64,000 nt of DNA from Octopus sinensis (GCF_006345805.1 NC_042997.1:35836001-35900000), one strand, 5' to 3'; shown: positions 27,891 through 42,400, counted from the stretch's first letter. Made by a program: numbers and translations. The notes: generated by a model not told the origin, from the sequence alone.

Positions 27891-29264
27891 ATTTTGCTGT
27901 TACAATAATATAGCTGGCTGTCAGAACTGCTAGTCTTGTGCCAAAATTTGAAACCAAAGTTTTACTGTTACATTTAAAGTTCATATTTGGAATATATTAA
28001 ATAAATACCAGAGATATAGAGATATAGAAATATAGATATATAAAGATATAGAAATATATGGAATATATATGTATGTATGTATATTTATATATATATGTAT
28101 ATCTAATATTTAGGTATTATTAGTAGTAAGAACAGTATCATTGTTAGTAGTAACTGTGTTATTAATTGCCAGTGTATGGTTGATAATACGACTATTACTA
28201 ATACTAATACGATTATTATTACCAACTCTGCTGTTATTGTATTTAAGTTGAGATAATTATCCTTAAGGTTGCTGGCATTATCAGTTCATGATATTTCAAA
28301 TAATTTCATCTGAATTAAACTCATACATGTTTCTCTGTTGATAAGAATGGTTAATATTATAAATTTGATTATTACATTTCCAAACAGAATGAAACGAACT
28401 ATTTTCAATCCTTAATAAAATGAACGATTAGGTTACGCTCTTATCGCATATTTTCGATAAACTTAATATTTTCATTATTAAATACTCTAACAAAAAATAC
28501 ATACGAACTTGTACATAACTGTGTACTTTCATGCGTGTATGTATTCATCTATATATATATATATATATATATAATATATGTATATATATATGTATGTGTA
28601 CGCCTGTGTATGTATTTGTACCTGCGTCTTATAAATTCTTAACTTTTACATATCGTAATATTTCATCGTACCATTCGCTTTCCTTTTGGCAAATATTGGA
28701 AATTTGACTGTGTTGCTAGTAGTGAACATTGTCGTAAATAATTAATCATCAGTAGAGTGTGTTTAGTTAATGTAGATGGCTGGTATTTCCTCATTTAATT
28801 TGAGACGGAAAATTACATTAAAACTATTTAAATTATTACTAATTAATCCAGCTGATAACGATTTCATACATATGTAATTATATCGAATTCCCAACTTGGA
28901 AATGAAATGTAAAATATGTTATTTAAAGTAGTTATTAGCAGACATGCCACAGCAACATTTGGATATTCTCAAGTGTTGATACGAACATGTATATTTAATC
29001 ATAAAAAACCCTGATTAGCTCCACAGCGAAAAAGCATAATTCCTGGAGAGAATGTGTGAATACTTTTGCTATCATGCAGATGAATAATAACGTACCGTTA
29101 GCCGTTCGATGTAACAGAGATATCGACATTGAAATGTGTTCCGAATTGGATATCAATTACTTTACCTCACTTCCAAGCTTATAGATATGATGAGCGAATT
29201 CTACTCGTTACTTTCAAGTCTCAAAGTCAGCCTGTTTTGCAATTTAGCAAATACTCTTTACTCT

Positions 29265-29318
29265 TTTTTACTCTTTTTCTTGTTTCAGTCATTTGACTGT
29301 GACCATGCTGGAGCATCA
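29265..29318 (-). mobile_element. SINE family C 3' tail fragment
   Basis: TTGTTTCAGTCATTTGACTGTGACCATGCTGGAGCA matches the reverse complement of the family C tail. Confidence 0.7.
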
Positions 29319-29464
29319 TTACTTATACAAAAAACTATTACATTAATATCCAATAAGTAGTAGCAAATTACCAACATCATTAAACCAAGTCCAAAATGAA
29401 GACGAAAAGGAAGTAATGTTTTTTAGTAAATCGGCTTATATGTACTGATAAGTTTTATAGAATA

Positions 29465-29865
29465 GTAGTAGTATCGCCCGGCGTTGCTCGGGTTTGTAAG
29501 GGAAATAACTATATAAGCATTTTTAGAGAGTTATAGCCAAACAATAGCAAAAAAATGCATTAAAAATGGAAAAAAAATGATGGTAATGTTTTTTTAAATC
29601 GTTGACTCATCGTAGACATTTTTAGAGAGTTACTTCCCTTATATAATACCGACAAAATGCATTAAAATGGAATAGAATGATTGTAAATATTTTTAAAAAT
29701 CGTAGACTCATCATAGACGCGCGCTAATACCCAGAAGGGCTCGATATGAATCACGACTATAAGATTCCCGGTTTTGGTTAAACTGCACCGCAAAATGTGG
29801 GAGTAGTTAGGAATCTAAATCGTACGAGACAGACACTCACACAACTTCACTTTTATATACAAAGA
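29465..29865 (-). mobile_element. Non-autonomous Helitron (copy 1)
   Basis: Minus strand starts TC(TTTGTATATAAAAG) and ends with hairpin CCCGAGCAACGCCGGG plus CTAC (a mutated CTRR). Inserted between A and T with no TSD. Closely similar to 32751-33148. Confidence 0.85.
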
Positions 29866-32750
29866 TATCATTTTAACGCATATTATACATCGTGCGTACT
29901 ATTATTACAGACAGAATATACCATGCTAGAGTCATACAGTGAGGCTGATATACAGAGTGACAAAGTGGAGCGAAATTATAGCATGAATATAAACAGAAAA
30001 TCTCGCCTGTTGTTATTAGAATCCAAAATAAAACAAGAGTTAAAAGAGAATGCCGGATAATGAACAACACTACAATAAAGTCCCGTAATCCTAGTATTAA
30101 AGAACATAACAACGTTATACATTGTACAGGAGGATTACTAAAGGCTTATGAGTTCAGAAGAAACAAACGAATGAGTGCAGAAGTTATGAACAGAAGACAC
30201 GAATGTATGGAGATATAAAATGGACCTCAATAGAAACAAAATGAAGTGAAATAAAAAAAATAATTTATATGTACAAAGCACATTGAATGAAAAAAAACAC
30301 ATTATAACCTAATCCTCAAAGAAAACAACGAACATATCGCAACCGAATTTACCGCACAACAAATATATATGACGAGCAATATATATATAATACAGAGAGA
30401 CGACCACACATAATAAATGTAGCCTAAAAGCACTTTGAAAATACTATAAAACTTAACACATATGCTAAAGAAGCAAAGCATCGCAGCAAATCAAAGTGGA
30501 ACATGAATAATAGAGCCAACTTCGAAAATGATCGAGAATACTATAGAAATCACCATAGAAACACTACTAAATTCACGGCCAATAGCAGAGCATAAGCTTC
30601 ACCCATACACCTAACAAACAGAATAAAAGCACACATAGATCAATCAGATATAACTTTGAGTTTGACCTAAGAGAAGTAATAAATTGGAAAAGAACATTAC
30701 AAAATCGATTGACATAGATGAAGGTAAACACATGATCAAGCTACACACGAGCAAGCAACTCCATGAAAGTATCAATAAATGTAGCAAACATCAGTCATAA
30801 TCATGTCGATGGCTAAAAAAACCACTCTAATAACTGGTTGATAGTGTCTATTCAATTGTAGTGGGAATATGCAAGAAACAATTGTCTTCATTCTACTGCA
30901 TCAGATTCTCAGGCGTGACCCGACTAAAATTAGAAAGTTTGCAGTTTTTAAAAACTTTATAAAGAAAACGCCTATCCATACTAAGCAAACCTGAACAAAG
31001 ATAATACCAAGTTTAAGAAAGGAGACAAAACAAAACCCACCTCAATAGCTCAGAAATAGTAAGTAGCATAAAGTAATTTTAAAAGCTTGAACCATTTACC
31101 GAAGGAGAACAATGAGAGACAAAGTGTATCAGAACAGGAAATATATATCTATGCAAAATCAAAATACTTAGTAAAACAATAAAACACTATAAGCAAATGC
31201 AACCCGTCTGGGTGCGAAAATGTCCCCTATTTTATTCATTTAACATGTATCCTCGAAGTATTGTGTCAGCATTCGATTAATTGGTTAGCGGACTAGAATC
31301 AGTAATTGGTTTCATAACGGACAGAAACAGCATGAATTACTAAATGCGTCATTAGCAATGACACATTCAATTGTTCATCTATATGTTAATTGCGGTCAGC
31401 ATACAAGGCCCTTGAGTCGCTATGCAACAAAATTTCTGTAACTCGGGTTTGAAAACAATATGGTTTGAGAAAAGCGGAATTTCTGCACGGAACAGACATA
31501 TTGCACATAACAGGAACGGTTAAACGAAGATATAGGATACAAAATACAACAAAACAATCGGTAGCAGAACTGGAGTGTTTATTGAAAAGTAGATGACAGC
31601 AAGTAGTATTTTAAAGCACTAGAAACCGTCTATATAACTTAAGTACCTGGAACGTTATGAAATCACATAAAGCATTCTGTGCTAAAATAGGAAACAGCAA
31701 TATCACTACAAGGCAAATAGGTGATATATAAAACCATATTTTTGTATATCTCAAGAGGAGTATTTGTGGGCGATAATTTATTCTCTACGCTTTCACCTAG
31801 CTTTTAGTGCATTAACAGATCTGTTGAAGGAAGACAATAATACTTATAGAGGCTCCAGAAAATGTACAACCCACCTTCTCGATGGATGAATCGAAAATGC
31901 TTAAAAACTATAAAATCGTGCTGAGAATCTTCTCTAAGGATGGATCGAAAATGTTTAAAAGTAGAAACAGAGTTGAAAAACTTGCTATAATGTGTCATAA
32001 ATTCAGCCGACACATGAATATATTCGATTATATAACAGTCAATAGTAATATATGAAGGAGCTAATGAACAAAAAATGAGAATATTCAATTCGGCCCAAAC
32101 AGAAATTAATATTAGATGGCAACTATTGATACAAATGCGTACGAAATTTCGCTGATAAAATGTCAAATAAGGCTATGGTAAGGAAAATTATAAAAGGTCG
32201 CATTGCAGAAACCTCTTAATGAAGGAATCGTATAAGTGGATGTATATATATATATAATATTCCTCCCAGCTATAAGATCTAACTTCAACGCGATATGTGA
32301 AATATTATGTAAGGTGAAACCTTTAGACAGAGAAGACTAGAAAACTACTGACAGAGTTCATAAATCATCCAGCCCGGAGCAAATATAGAAAAGGTATATA
32401 TACCACTTTCTCAGGTAAGTTGCGCTCCGATACAAGTAGAACATCTATTACACAAAAAAAAAACTAAAATAGGATTAGAATTGGAATCGGAGCAAACCAA
32501 TGGAAAGTGATTAATAAGCGTTAGAGCAAGACACGAAAACCATGAATCTAATTCTTTCTTCTCCTTGGGTAAAATCAAATTTAGACTGGGAACTAACGCC
32601 ACTGAATAGAATATATCAACGTGAAGAAAACGATGGAGGAGAAAAATGAAAGGGAAATTCCAAAATACAATCAGGAAAACGAAAGGAGAAATGCTACAAG
32701 ACAAAGCAATGCAAAAGTTAGCGGATAAAATAACCGAAAGTAAAATTCTA

Positions 32751-33148
32751 TCTTTATATATAAAAGTGAAGTTGTGTGTCTGTCTCCTACGATTTAGATT
32801 CCTAACTACTCCCACATTTTGCGGTGCAGTTTAACCCAAACCGGGTATCTTATAGTCGTGATTCATATCGAGCCCTTCTGGGTATTAGCGCGCGTCTACG
32901 ATGAGTGTACGATTTAAAAACAAAATTACCATCATTTTTTTTTGCATTTTAATGCATTTTTTCGCTATTATATAAGGGAAGTAACTCTCTAAAAATGTCT
33001 ACGATGAGTCAACGATTTAAAAAAAAATTACCATCATTTTTTTTCCATTTTTAATGCATTTTTTGCTATTTTGGGGCCACAGCTCTCTAAAAATGCTTAT
33101 ATAGTTATTTCCCTTACAAACCCGAGCAACGCCGGGCGATACTGCTGG
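32751..33148 (+). mobile_element. Non-autonomous Helitron (copy 2)
   Basis: A|TCTTTATATATAAAAG ... CCCGAGCAACGCCGGG-CGATACTG-CTGG|T: 5' TC, subterminal GC hairpin, 3' CTRR, AT target. Internal ~100-bp subrepeat present twice. Confidence 0.88.
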
Positions 33149-34449
33149 TTATGTATAAATTACTCTGGGCTGAACGTTGAAAATGTTCTAATATTAATAG
33201 ATATTAAAAACGACAAAATAATGTGTAGCCACCAGCACCTAAGACACTAAAACAAAACTCTAAATTACTGACTCCAACATCTGTTCTAAAACTATTGACG
33301 GTGTCATGTTCGACGTTGTAGTCAACGCTGACTGTATTGACAGTCACAACGGCGTCGGAAGATACAAAACCACTGTCATATCTACACGAACTGATAAGTG
33401 GTATTGACGTGCGCGAAACGCCGTAACTGACAGCTGTATTTATATCAAAACTGACAACGATATATCAAATCAAAATTTAATCATAGACATGGGCGAAAAT
33501 AACATTACAGTGAAACGAAATGTTTCACTACAAGACAATCGCTAATGTTAACAAAGTATTGTTTTAAATGTAGTTGCCTTTCTTTATAAACTATTGCTAT
33601 TTGAAGTGCAATATAAGTAGTTTCAATTTAGTTTTTAAAAAAAAAGAATTAATGTAAATATATTTTGTTAAATTAAAAATAGAGAACGTTTTGTTGATTT
33701 TATAATTTTCTTTACTTTTATTGTTTTTGACGGGGATATTTTGTTGCTATACCACATTTTACAAGAGAAGGCATTTGCATTCAAACACTGTAAGTGATAT
33801 TTGTGGTGAAAAGGTGGGATATTTGACTTTGTCAACAATAGTAAGCGTTTTGCTTAATTAAAAGAAAATCTTAAACATTAAATATTAATGCTACACGTTT
33901 CCGCTGGAAGATAGTTTTGCTTTAGCAAGTACATGAGATCATGACACCTCTTTTCTTGTTCTTTCTGACACACAATGTGTCTGTGTATATTTACCAATGT
34001 AAAGAACAAAAGGAAACTTTTATACTAGTAACATGCTGAGAGTCAACTTAGAATACTTATGGAAGATAGGCACTAAATAAAATGGGCACAGAAAAGATAT
34101 TACTTTATTCCTTTATTCGTTTAAGCGATGCGGCTGCGATCATGCTGGGGCATCACCTAAAAAATATCTAAACATATCTAGTGTAGCACCAGTACGTTCG
34201 ATATGGCATCTGTTATCCAACTGTATTTCCTCTCCTGCGTTGGAGAGACAAAGGGAAATTAATTTTATTGATGCAATACAGGAACAAGAACAACTACAAT
34301 AAAGATACATAATGATAGCGACAATGGCAATTCTAAGTACAAGGCTTGAGATTTTGTGGGAGAGGGCTATTTGATTGGTACTTATCTTATGAACAAAATG
34401 CCGCTCGAATTTTACTCAGCGTCCTAATGATTCTGCCAGCTCACCGACT

Positions 34450-34500
<51 letters not shown>

Positions 34501-34582
34501 GTAGTAGTAATAGTAGTAGTAGTAGTAGTAGTAGTAATTAATGTTATCATCAATAACAATAGTGATAATAATAGTAATATTA

Positions 34583-34638
<56 letters not shown>

Positions 34639-34678
34639 AATAATAATAATAATAAAAATAATAACAATAATAATAATA
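34450..34678. repeat. Compound (TAC)n/(TAG)n/(TTA)n/(TAA)n microsatellite
   Basis: Direct reading. Confidence 0.95.
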
Positions 34679-34975
34679 GGAGTAGTGTGTGGTAAGTAGC
34701 TTGCTTACGAACCACATGGTTCCACATGGTTCTGCGTGGCACCTTGTGTGTGTATACGTTTGTGAGTCTGAGTTTGTCCCCCCAACATCGCTTGACAATC
34801 GATGCTGGTGTGTTTACTTGCTGTAACTTAGTGGTTCGGCAATAGAGACCGACAGAATAAGTACTAGGCTTACAGAGAATAAGTCCTGGGATTGATTTGC
34901 TCGACTAAGGGCGGTGCTCCAGCATGGCGACAGTCAAATGACTGAAACAAGTAAAAGAATAAAAGTGTAAAGAGT
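34678..34975 (+). mobile_element. SINE family C, internally deleted
   Basis: Head GGAGTAGTGTGTGGTAAGTAGCTTGC and full tail GGCGGTGCTCCAGCATGGCGACAGTCAAATGACTGAAACAAGTAAAAG. Confidence 0.85.
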
Positions 34976-34976
34976 A

Positions 34977-35172
34977 ATCCTTTCTACTATAGGCACAGGA
35001 TAGGAAATTTTGCGGGAAGACTACATCGGTGCCAGTGTTTCACTGGTACTTAATTTATAGTTCTCGAAGGAATGAAAGAATTCCTCAGAATTTGATCTCA
35101 GAACGTAAAGACGTGGGAAATGCTGCTAATCATTTTTTCCTGTCGCACTAACGACGCTGCCAGCTCACTGCC
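34977..35172 (-). mobile_element. Diverged SINE family B
   Basis: Reverse complement reads AAGGCAGTGAGCTGGCAG...CGTTCTGAG...AAATTAAGTACCAGT...GTGCCTATAGTAGAAAGGAT. A further decayed minus copy lies at ~34330-34448. Confidence 0.7.
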
Positions 35173-35175
35173 TTG

Positions 35176-35550
<375 letters not shown>

Positions 35551-36041
35551 GAAAACGAACACTGTCTGAATGATGAAGGGCACCAATAACAAAAGAGCCA
35601 AGACCAACTGCCAAATAATTAAGCAAACTGAGTGCAGTGGAACTTGATAAGATTCACAGTAATTAGAAAATAAGCGAAGCCTGCTGAGTAATAGGCAAAG
35701 ATTTTTACTGTTGCAGAATAAAAAAGGAGAAATGGCAATAGAAATGTTTCAAAGAATTGTAAATAATGATCTTATAGGATATGCCAATACATTCACAAAT
35801 GGAAAAAAATGATCGCATATTTATCAAATGTTGTTTTCTAACACCCGTTGGATAGAAATACCCCCTAATTGAGGTATAAATCCCTAAACATTTTTGCATA
35901 TATCTTAAAGAAATGTTGAATTAATCCAAATATAAAAAATGTAGAGAGGGTGGAAAGCAGAATTGGAACCCTAAAAGAGAAATACGTAATAAGCGTCCTT
36001 AGAATGATAAGAAAATGAACGTCATTACCAAAATTCCAGTA

Positions 36042-36261
36042 AAGCAATCCCTTGCCATTTCGCGGTTCACCTATCACGGCTCATCTATCGCGATTTATTA
36101 TTTGAGCTTACGTCGATTCATCCATGGGGTTATTTTGCATTTATGATAAAATAAATATATACAAATTATTAAAATGATTAAAATATATATACAGTACATT
36201 ACCGTTTCATCTCTCGCGATGAATTTCAAACGTAACACCCGCGATAGATGTGGACATACTG
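36042..36261. mobile_element. Probable pogo/Tigger-like MITE relic
   Basis: Ends TA|AAGCAATCCCTTGCCATTTCGCGG and CCCGCGATAGATGTGGACATACTG|TA resemble CAGTA..CC..TCGCG TIRs with a TA TSD; repeated internal TCGCG motifs. Confidence 0.5.
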
Positions 36262-37607
36262 TATTTACGAATAAACCTATTATGCATACATATAGCATTA
36301 TAGTCAAGACAGTGAATATTAAAAAAGGGGAAAAATTCCTTACTCAAGGCAGAGATAGTTGCGCTGTGTACTGCTGTGAAAAATGTGCAAATTAAATATG
36401 AGTAAAGAAGAATAAAAATTAATATTTAAATTTACAGCGTGAGGCCACAGGATTTCTGGCTAGATTAATGGTCGACTGAGACGAACCCATAACTTGACGC
36501 AGAAGGATGAAAAGTAATGCTGAACAGTATTAATATTAAAAGCATAAATTTTCAATCGGAAAATTATGGACATTCTTATTGTAATAATTGCCTTGATAGC
36601 ACGAGAATAAATGCAGATAAAAGCATTAAAAAAATATCCGTGACTTACATTTATGCTCAGAATTGTTCAAATATAACCACAATGCGATGTACACATATTA
36701 CGTTCAATATATGTTATACAATAGAGACATACAAATACAAATCTGCCCAAAATACGGGCCCAAGCCACACGAGACTAAACTCTGCTCCACAGTGAAAATA
36801 CACAAGAAGGATGGCTTCATTTGTATAGCTTACAAGATATAATCAATATTACGTAAAAGTGTATCGTAGCATGCCATTTACTTGCAATGTGAATGTCAAT
36901 TGCTCTATGTTTATAATGATCTTTACAGCTTGTGAAATCGATATATTACTCTTTATATCGAGTGTAGTAGCGGATGAAAATTCGTATTCTCTTGAGTATC
37001 TGGGAGAGCAATTGTTGCAAGCAATACAGATGTCTAGAGCCGTGATGTTGAATAGATGGCAGCTTCTATAGATCGTTATATAAGGTGTTGTTTCCTTTTG
37101 ATGCATATTTACAATCAATGATGAATTAATAAGGTAAAATATAATAATTAAATCATCAACATCCTGATGATTTATAATTTGTGAGTAATTGCAACAAATG
37201 AGGGAAGGTTAATGGGAATAAGTTACTGAGCATATGAATAGAGTATTTTTGTATGGGTCCTTATGTTCTGAATACAAATCACTTCTGTTTTACAACTCAT
37301 CATTTATAGCATATCCAAAACAATGTTTCTCGTACTTTCTAATACAATTTCTGTATTTAAACCAAACCCTTTGTCTTACTGATAAAGAGCAAACAAGAAA
37401 CCCATGGTTTCGAGCCATAGAAAAATATCTATTGTCATATTCTACGTATAAATTATTACATTTATATCACACTGAATACACAAGGCGTGCGCGCACATAC
37501 GTTAACTCACTACAGCTACCACAGCGTTGAGAACTTAGAACCTAGTAGCAGATCAGTTGGTGCACTCAAACTGCATACCTATTAGTTTAGATAACCAGTT
37601 ACCTAAA

Positions 37608-37652
<45 letters not shown>

Positions 37653-37680
37653 TTCTTCTTCTTCTTCTTCTTCTTCTTCT

Positions 37681-37715
<35 letters not shown>

Positions 37716-37805
37716 TTCTCCTCTCCATCTCCTTCTTCTTCTTAATTTTCTTCTTCTTCTTCATTTTTTTCTTCATCTTTTTCCTCTTCTTCTTCTCCTT
37801 CTTCT

Positions 37806-37837
<32 letters not shown>

Positions 37838-37930
37838 TTCTTCTTCTCCTCTCCATCTCCTTCTTCTTCTTAATTTTCTTCTTCTTCTTCATTTTTTTCT
37901 TCATCTTTTTCCTCTTCTTCTTCTTCATCA
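37608..37930. repeat. (TTC)n microsatellite with a higher-order duplication
   Basis: The block CTCCTCTCCATCTCCTTC..TTAATTTTC..CATCTTTTTCC occurs twice, about 128 bp apart. Confidence 0.95.
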
Positions 37931-37955
37931 ACTTCTTTCTTTCTCTCTCTGTCTC

Positions 37956-37989
<34 letters not shown>

Positions 37990-38017
37990 GATGCACACAT
38001 ACACACACATATTTATA

Positions 38018-39248
38018 TTGGGTCATCCCATAACTAATGCATATCTTTCCAATTGCATGAACTAAAAGTCAGAGGAAGTGATTAAACTATCTGCATCAAC
38101 TTGCTATAAAAGCAGGTAGTAATTTTACCTTGTACCTATTCTTTATGCAAGTTTTGAAGAGTGCAGTTCAATTTTAACAGTTATTTTTTCAAAGCTATAA
38201 TGGAAGTGACAACAGAACTTTGTCGGTATAATTTGCTTTATGAGTTCAATAAAGGCAACAGCGCAATGGAAGTTGCAAGAAGTAGTAATGCAGTATATGG
38301 GGATCGGACAATAAGCGTAAGCTAGTGTCAACGGTGGTTCCAGAAATTTCGAGCTGGAAACTACAGCCCCGAAGACGAACCTTGTCCTGTAAGATCTGTA
38401 GTGCTCGAGGGGGACGTCCTGCAAACCTGGTGGAACAAAATCCCATCGTAACTGCTAAGTAACTAGAAGAAACACTTGGATTTGTTCATTCATGGATTCA
38501 TCAACAAATTGGGTCAATCGCACGCAGAGAGTCAAAGTGATCACTCCTTTGCTGCCACATCACATTTGAATAATTTTGGACTGAATAGCGACTGGTGATG
38601 AAAAATGGGTTCTCTATAGAAATATCAAGCGTTGAACACAGTGGGTAGGGAAAGGAGAAACACCGGCATCCCAAGTTATACGAGGTCTTCACCCGCATAA
38701 GGTGTTGTTATCTATTTTGTGGGATATGAAAGATTTAGTCCACTTCGAACTTTAAAACCGAAACCAAACGATAACAAAGGATAGCTGCTTCGAGCAGCTT
38801 AAGCGCCTTGAGTCTGCGCAAAAAGGAAAATAACCATCTTTGATTTCAAGTCGAAGGGTGTCCTTCCATCAGTATAATGATCGGCCACATACAGTGAGGA
38901 TGACTTTCCAAAGACAAATACTGGGACTGTTTGAATGGGAATCGATGCGCCACCCACTATATTCACCGGGAATTGCCACATCTGATTATCATTTACTCCG
39001 TAGTCTTGAAAATCATTTGGATGGAAAAAATAAGAATTCTGGAGACGAGGTCAGAACAGTACTGAAGGAGTATTTGTCGTCACAGACAAGTGAAGTTTGA
39101 AAGAGATGCCTTGCAAGTCTACCAGACCGATTGAAGAGTATTGTAGAAAATGAAGGAGAGTATGTTTTTGATTAAAAAAGAATTTTGTTTATCTTAATTC
39201 TGGAAAAAAAATAGAATAAAAAACCGCATTATTTATGGGATGAACTAA
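38018..39248 (+). mobile_element. Near full-length mariner (DD34D) element with inactivated transposase
   Basis: TIRs TTGGGTCATCCCATAACTAATGC and (reverse complement) TTAGTTCATCCCATAAATAATGC, flanked by TA; ~1.23 kb. The ORF from ATG 38200 reads MEVTTELCRYNLLYEFNKG..CQRWFQKFRAGNYSPEDEP, later HQYNDRPHT and HPLYSPGIATSDYHLLRSL. Stops and frameshifts present. Confidence 0.93.
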
Positions 39249-41559
39249 TATATGTATACAATTATATATGTCTGTGTTTCTGTCTTTGTGTGTGTATAAC
39301 TATATGTATCTGTATATGTTTGTGCGAGCATATTTGTATATTTATGCTTATATGTATAACTTATAACCCATACGAATATAGTATAATAAAGATTCACATA
39401 TGACACCATGTACGTATCATTCCACATAGTTATGTAAAAAAATATTATTATATTCTCATTATTTTCTCTCTAGAACAGAGATTATTTCTTGTTTAATATA
39501 TTTCAAAGATATAAGGAATATATCTGTCGAATCGCTGCAACACTTCTAATGCAATACTTTCATCTTTAAGTACTACATATATATGTTCTCTAATGGATTT
39601 AGTTTCCATATCCTTGTAATATAGCTAGAGTTTCTTTTATTCCATCTATATCTAAAGAAAATTCAATTTACGCAATTTTCTTTTCGTTTGGTTTTCGTGT
39701 ACGTTGTGATGGGTAATGTAATAGAAGTGCAATTGAATGTAGTCGACAAAGAGGATAGACGAGCATTACGTTTATAGGGATGAATGATGACAGTGAGATA
39801 GGAGATGAGAGATAAGGCCAAATATCCACCCTTGGCTCAGTGCTTAATGGAAAACAAATTAAAAGTGATCGTAGAAACTTTAGGTAGCAGATACTTCCAT
39901 AGTGTATCTGTCTGAATAAAGAATGTAGTTAAGGTCAATATATGATTTGACTCCAATAACTGTTGTGTCCTTTTACAATGTTGTATTCAGAATTGGAATA
40001 TTTATTGTTCTTATATATGCGTTAGGGATTTCATACATTATATTGACTTTGTTAAACTGTTAAATTGCGCAGCATTAGACAAAAGGAGAGCAAAGAGTGT
40101 GCGATAATCGTCTTTTAACATTTCCTGCTTGAAAGCTCAAAACATTTTATCTATGGAACCCAATACTTGTTGTAGCTATTTAGATTATAATGTTCCTAGA
40201 ATAAATGTAGCTTGCGTATTTCCTAAACTGCTTCTAGGTTTGACAATGCAAAGCGCGGCCTTTCATGTATCATCTTTAATCGAGCGAATTGTGAAATACA
40301 CCAATCTCGTTTCGCTTTCTTATTGATTAGCAGATGAACCGTTGAATAATAGTCGAACTATTTCTTAATAACTAATCCATTGTTGCAAAACTTCAACGCA
40401 ACATTGATTCGGTTGTTATAAAAGGTATATTTTATGTGATCACGTGATAAGTGCTGATACATCCCAGCCTAATTAATCCGAAAAATATGACGCTTTTAAA
40501 TGGATCCTGTTTTGTTTAATGGTGACTCTGCGATTAATTGGGATGTTTTTTCCTGGGCAATATTCATGCTTGTATGCAGAACGTTTGTTTTCTGCATGGC
40601 ACTTTGAAAATGTAAGGCTGTTTCACTATAAAACTCGTGTGCACATATCAGTTTATAACACTACGTTGTTTAATTATTGAACACTCGTATATAAAGTATA
40701 TATTTCTTCCTGATGAGCACCCTTAGCAATATGAATTTTCTTATAGTATTTCTTTCCCTATTACATTAGGCTAAAGTAAAGGTAAAAAATATATACGCAA
40801 CATACACTCACACAGATATCCACAGACACGTATAACCATACAAAAACATACCACGACACAGACACACATGCGAAAGCAGACATATACAAACACAAAGACA
40901 CTTCAGCTATACATGTATGTGTTTGTTTGTGTGTTTGGATGTGAGTATGTGCCCGTGTATGTTGGAGGGACGTGTCTATGTGAGGATGTGTACAATTTAG
41001 GGCTTAATGTTATGACATTTAGGTATCCGAGGAGTCGAAAATGTTTAATCGTAAAATTATTCTCAGGTAGAATCACAGTGAAGCACTGAGTGACAACATT
41101 GTATTGAATTACAAGTACTACCTAACTGATGGCCTTTTACATTCTTTTCTTCCGTTGAATCTCAAGCAAAAATTGAATGCAGAGGATTTAGTGATATAAG
41201 CAAGTGTGCATCCATTACAATTAAGACCACTTAATCTGGTAGTTTCGACATTGGAGTTGGTGGGGATTTACCTCCCCGCTAACGGTGTACACAACTGTGC
41301 ATTTTGCACCAAAAATCTATATGAGAGCTTCTCATATGGTATCTAGCGCATTGAAGTTTGTTCTAAAAGAATATCCATTGCTCTAAAAGAACATTCATGT
41401 TTAAGTGAGAATAAAAAAAAGGTTAAGTTTCGCAGCATGATAATCTGGGACAAGCTCCAATTAACATTTCTTGCAAATTTCAACAAACTCATAGTATTAC
41501 ATGTTCATACCACCCGTGTTTGATAACAGGTTCTGAAGTCTGGTCTGAAGGACGCCACC

Positions 41560-42040
41560 GGTAAGGAAAATAAACCCAATAAACCCAATAAACCCAATTT
41601 ACATCCCCAGCTACAATTCGACCTCAACTACGGACATTTCGTGCATTTGTCTGTAGTTGTTTGCAAATGTTTTCATGTCATTGGGCCTGCTCATAGGTCA
41701 ATTCATGAGGAGTTTCTTGACAGCGTCTATACTCATGTCGAGGTAATGGAAACGTCAGTTAATGGTGCTTTGTGATAGACAAAAGTTCAATCGACAATAT
41801 ATGTGAGACTTGGTCCAACTTCAAGGCGCGTGTCACCTTTCTTTAAACGTCTGCACCACTTTTGAACCACACTATTTGTTGACAGTGTCTTGGCAATTCC
41901 ATTATCATATTCTTGGCTGCTGGCGTTGCACTCATTTCTTTATCTACAGGCATCAGAAAATGGCTTTCGTTGCAGTTTTTTCACCGCTTAATACAAAAGT
42001 TGGATTGGAAAACTAGAGAACAAATTGTACCAAATTAATG
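41560..42040 (-). pseudogene. Mariner transposase N-terminal relic
   Basis: HTH segment (VVQKWCRRLKKGDTRLE) and PHELTYEQAQ*HENICKQL...RIVAGDVNWVY, like WVPHEL...RIVTGDEKWVY. Confidence 0.7.
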
Positions 42041-42219
42041 ATATGCCATGCAGGTACAAGTTGCCATATGTATGTGTGTATGTGTGTGAGTGTGCGCGTG
42101 TGTATGTGTATAAGTGTACGTATATAATACAAGCGCACGAGTAGGTATAAATATATGGACATTTATACTGGTATGCGTATATGTGAATGTAAACTCAAGT
42201 ACAAACACTCACATACATA

Positions 42220-42296
42220 CAGATAGATAGATAGATAGATATACAAACACAGAGACCGGCAAGCAGAGAGACAGACAGGCAGACAGGCCGACATAC

Positions 42297-42368
<72 letters not shown>

Positions 42369-42400
42369 TGATTGATGGATAGATAGATAAACAGATAGAT
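42220..42400. repeat. (GATA)n microsatellite
   Basis: Direct reading. Confidence 0.95.

Noticed and set aside
36859-37071. ORF with a preceding acceptor-like site (ACEIDILLFISS...)
   Set aside because: No recognisable domain and no good donor before the stop.
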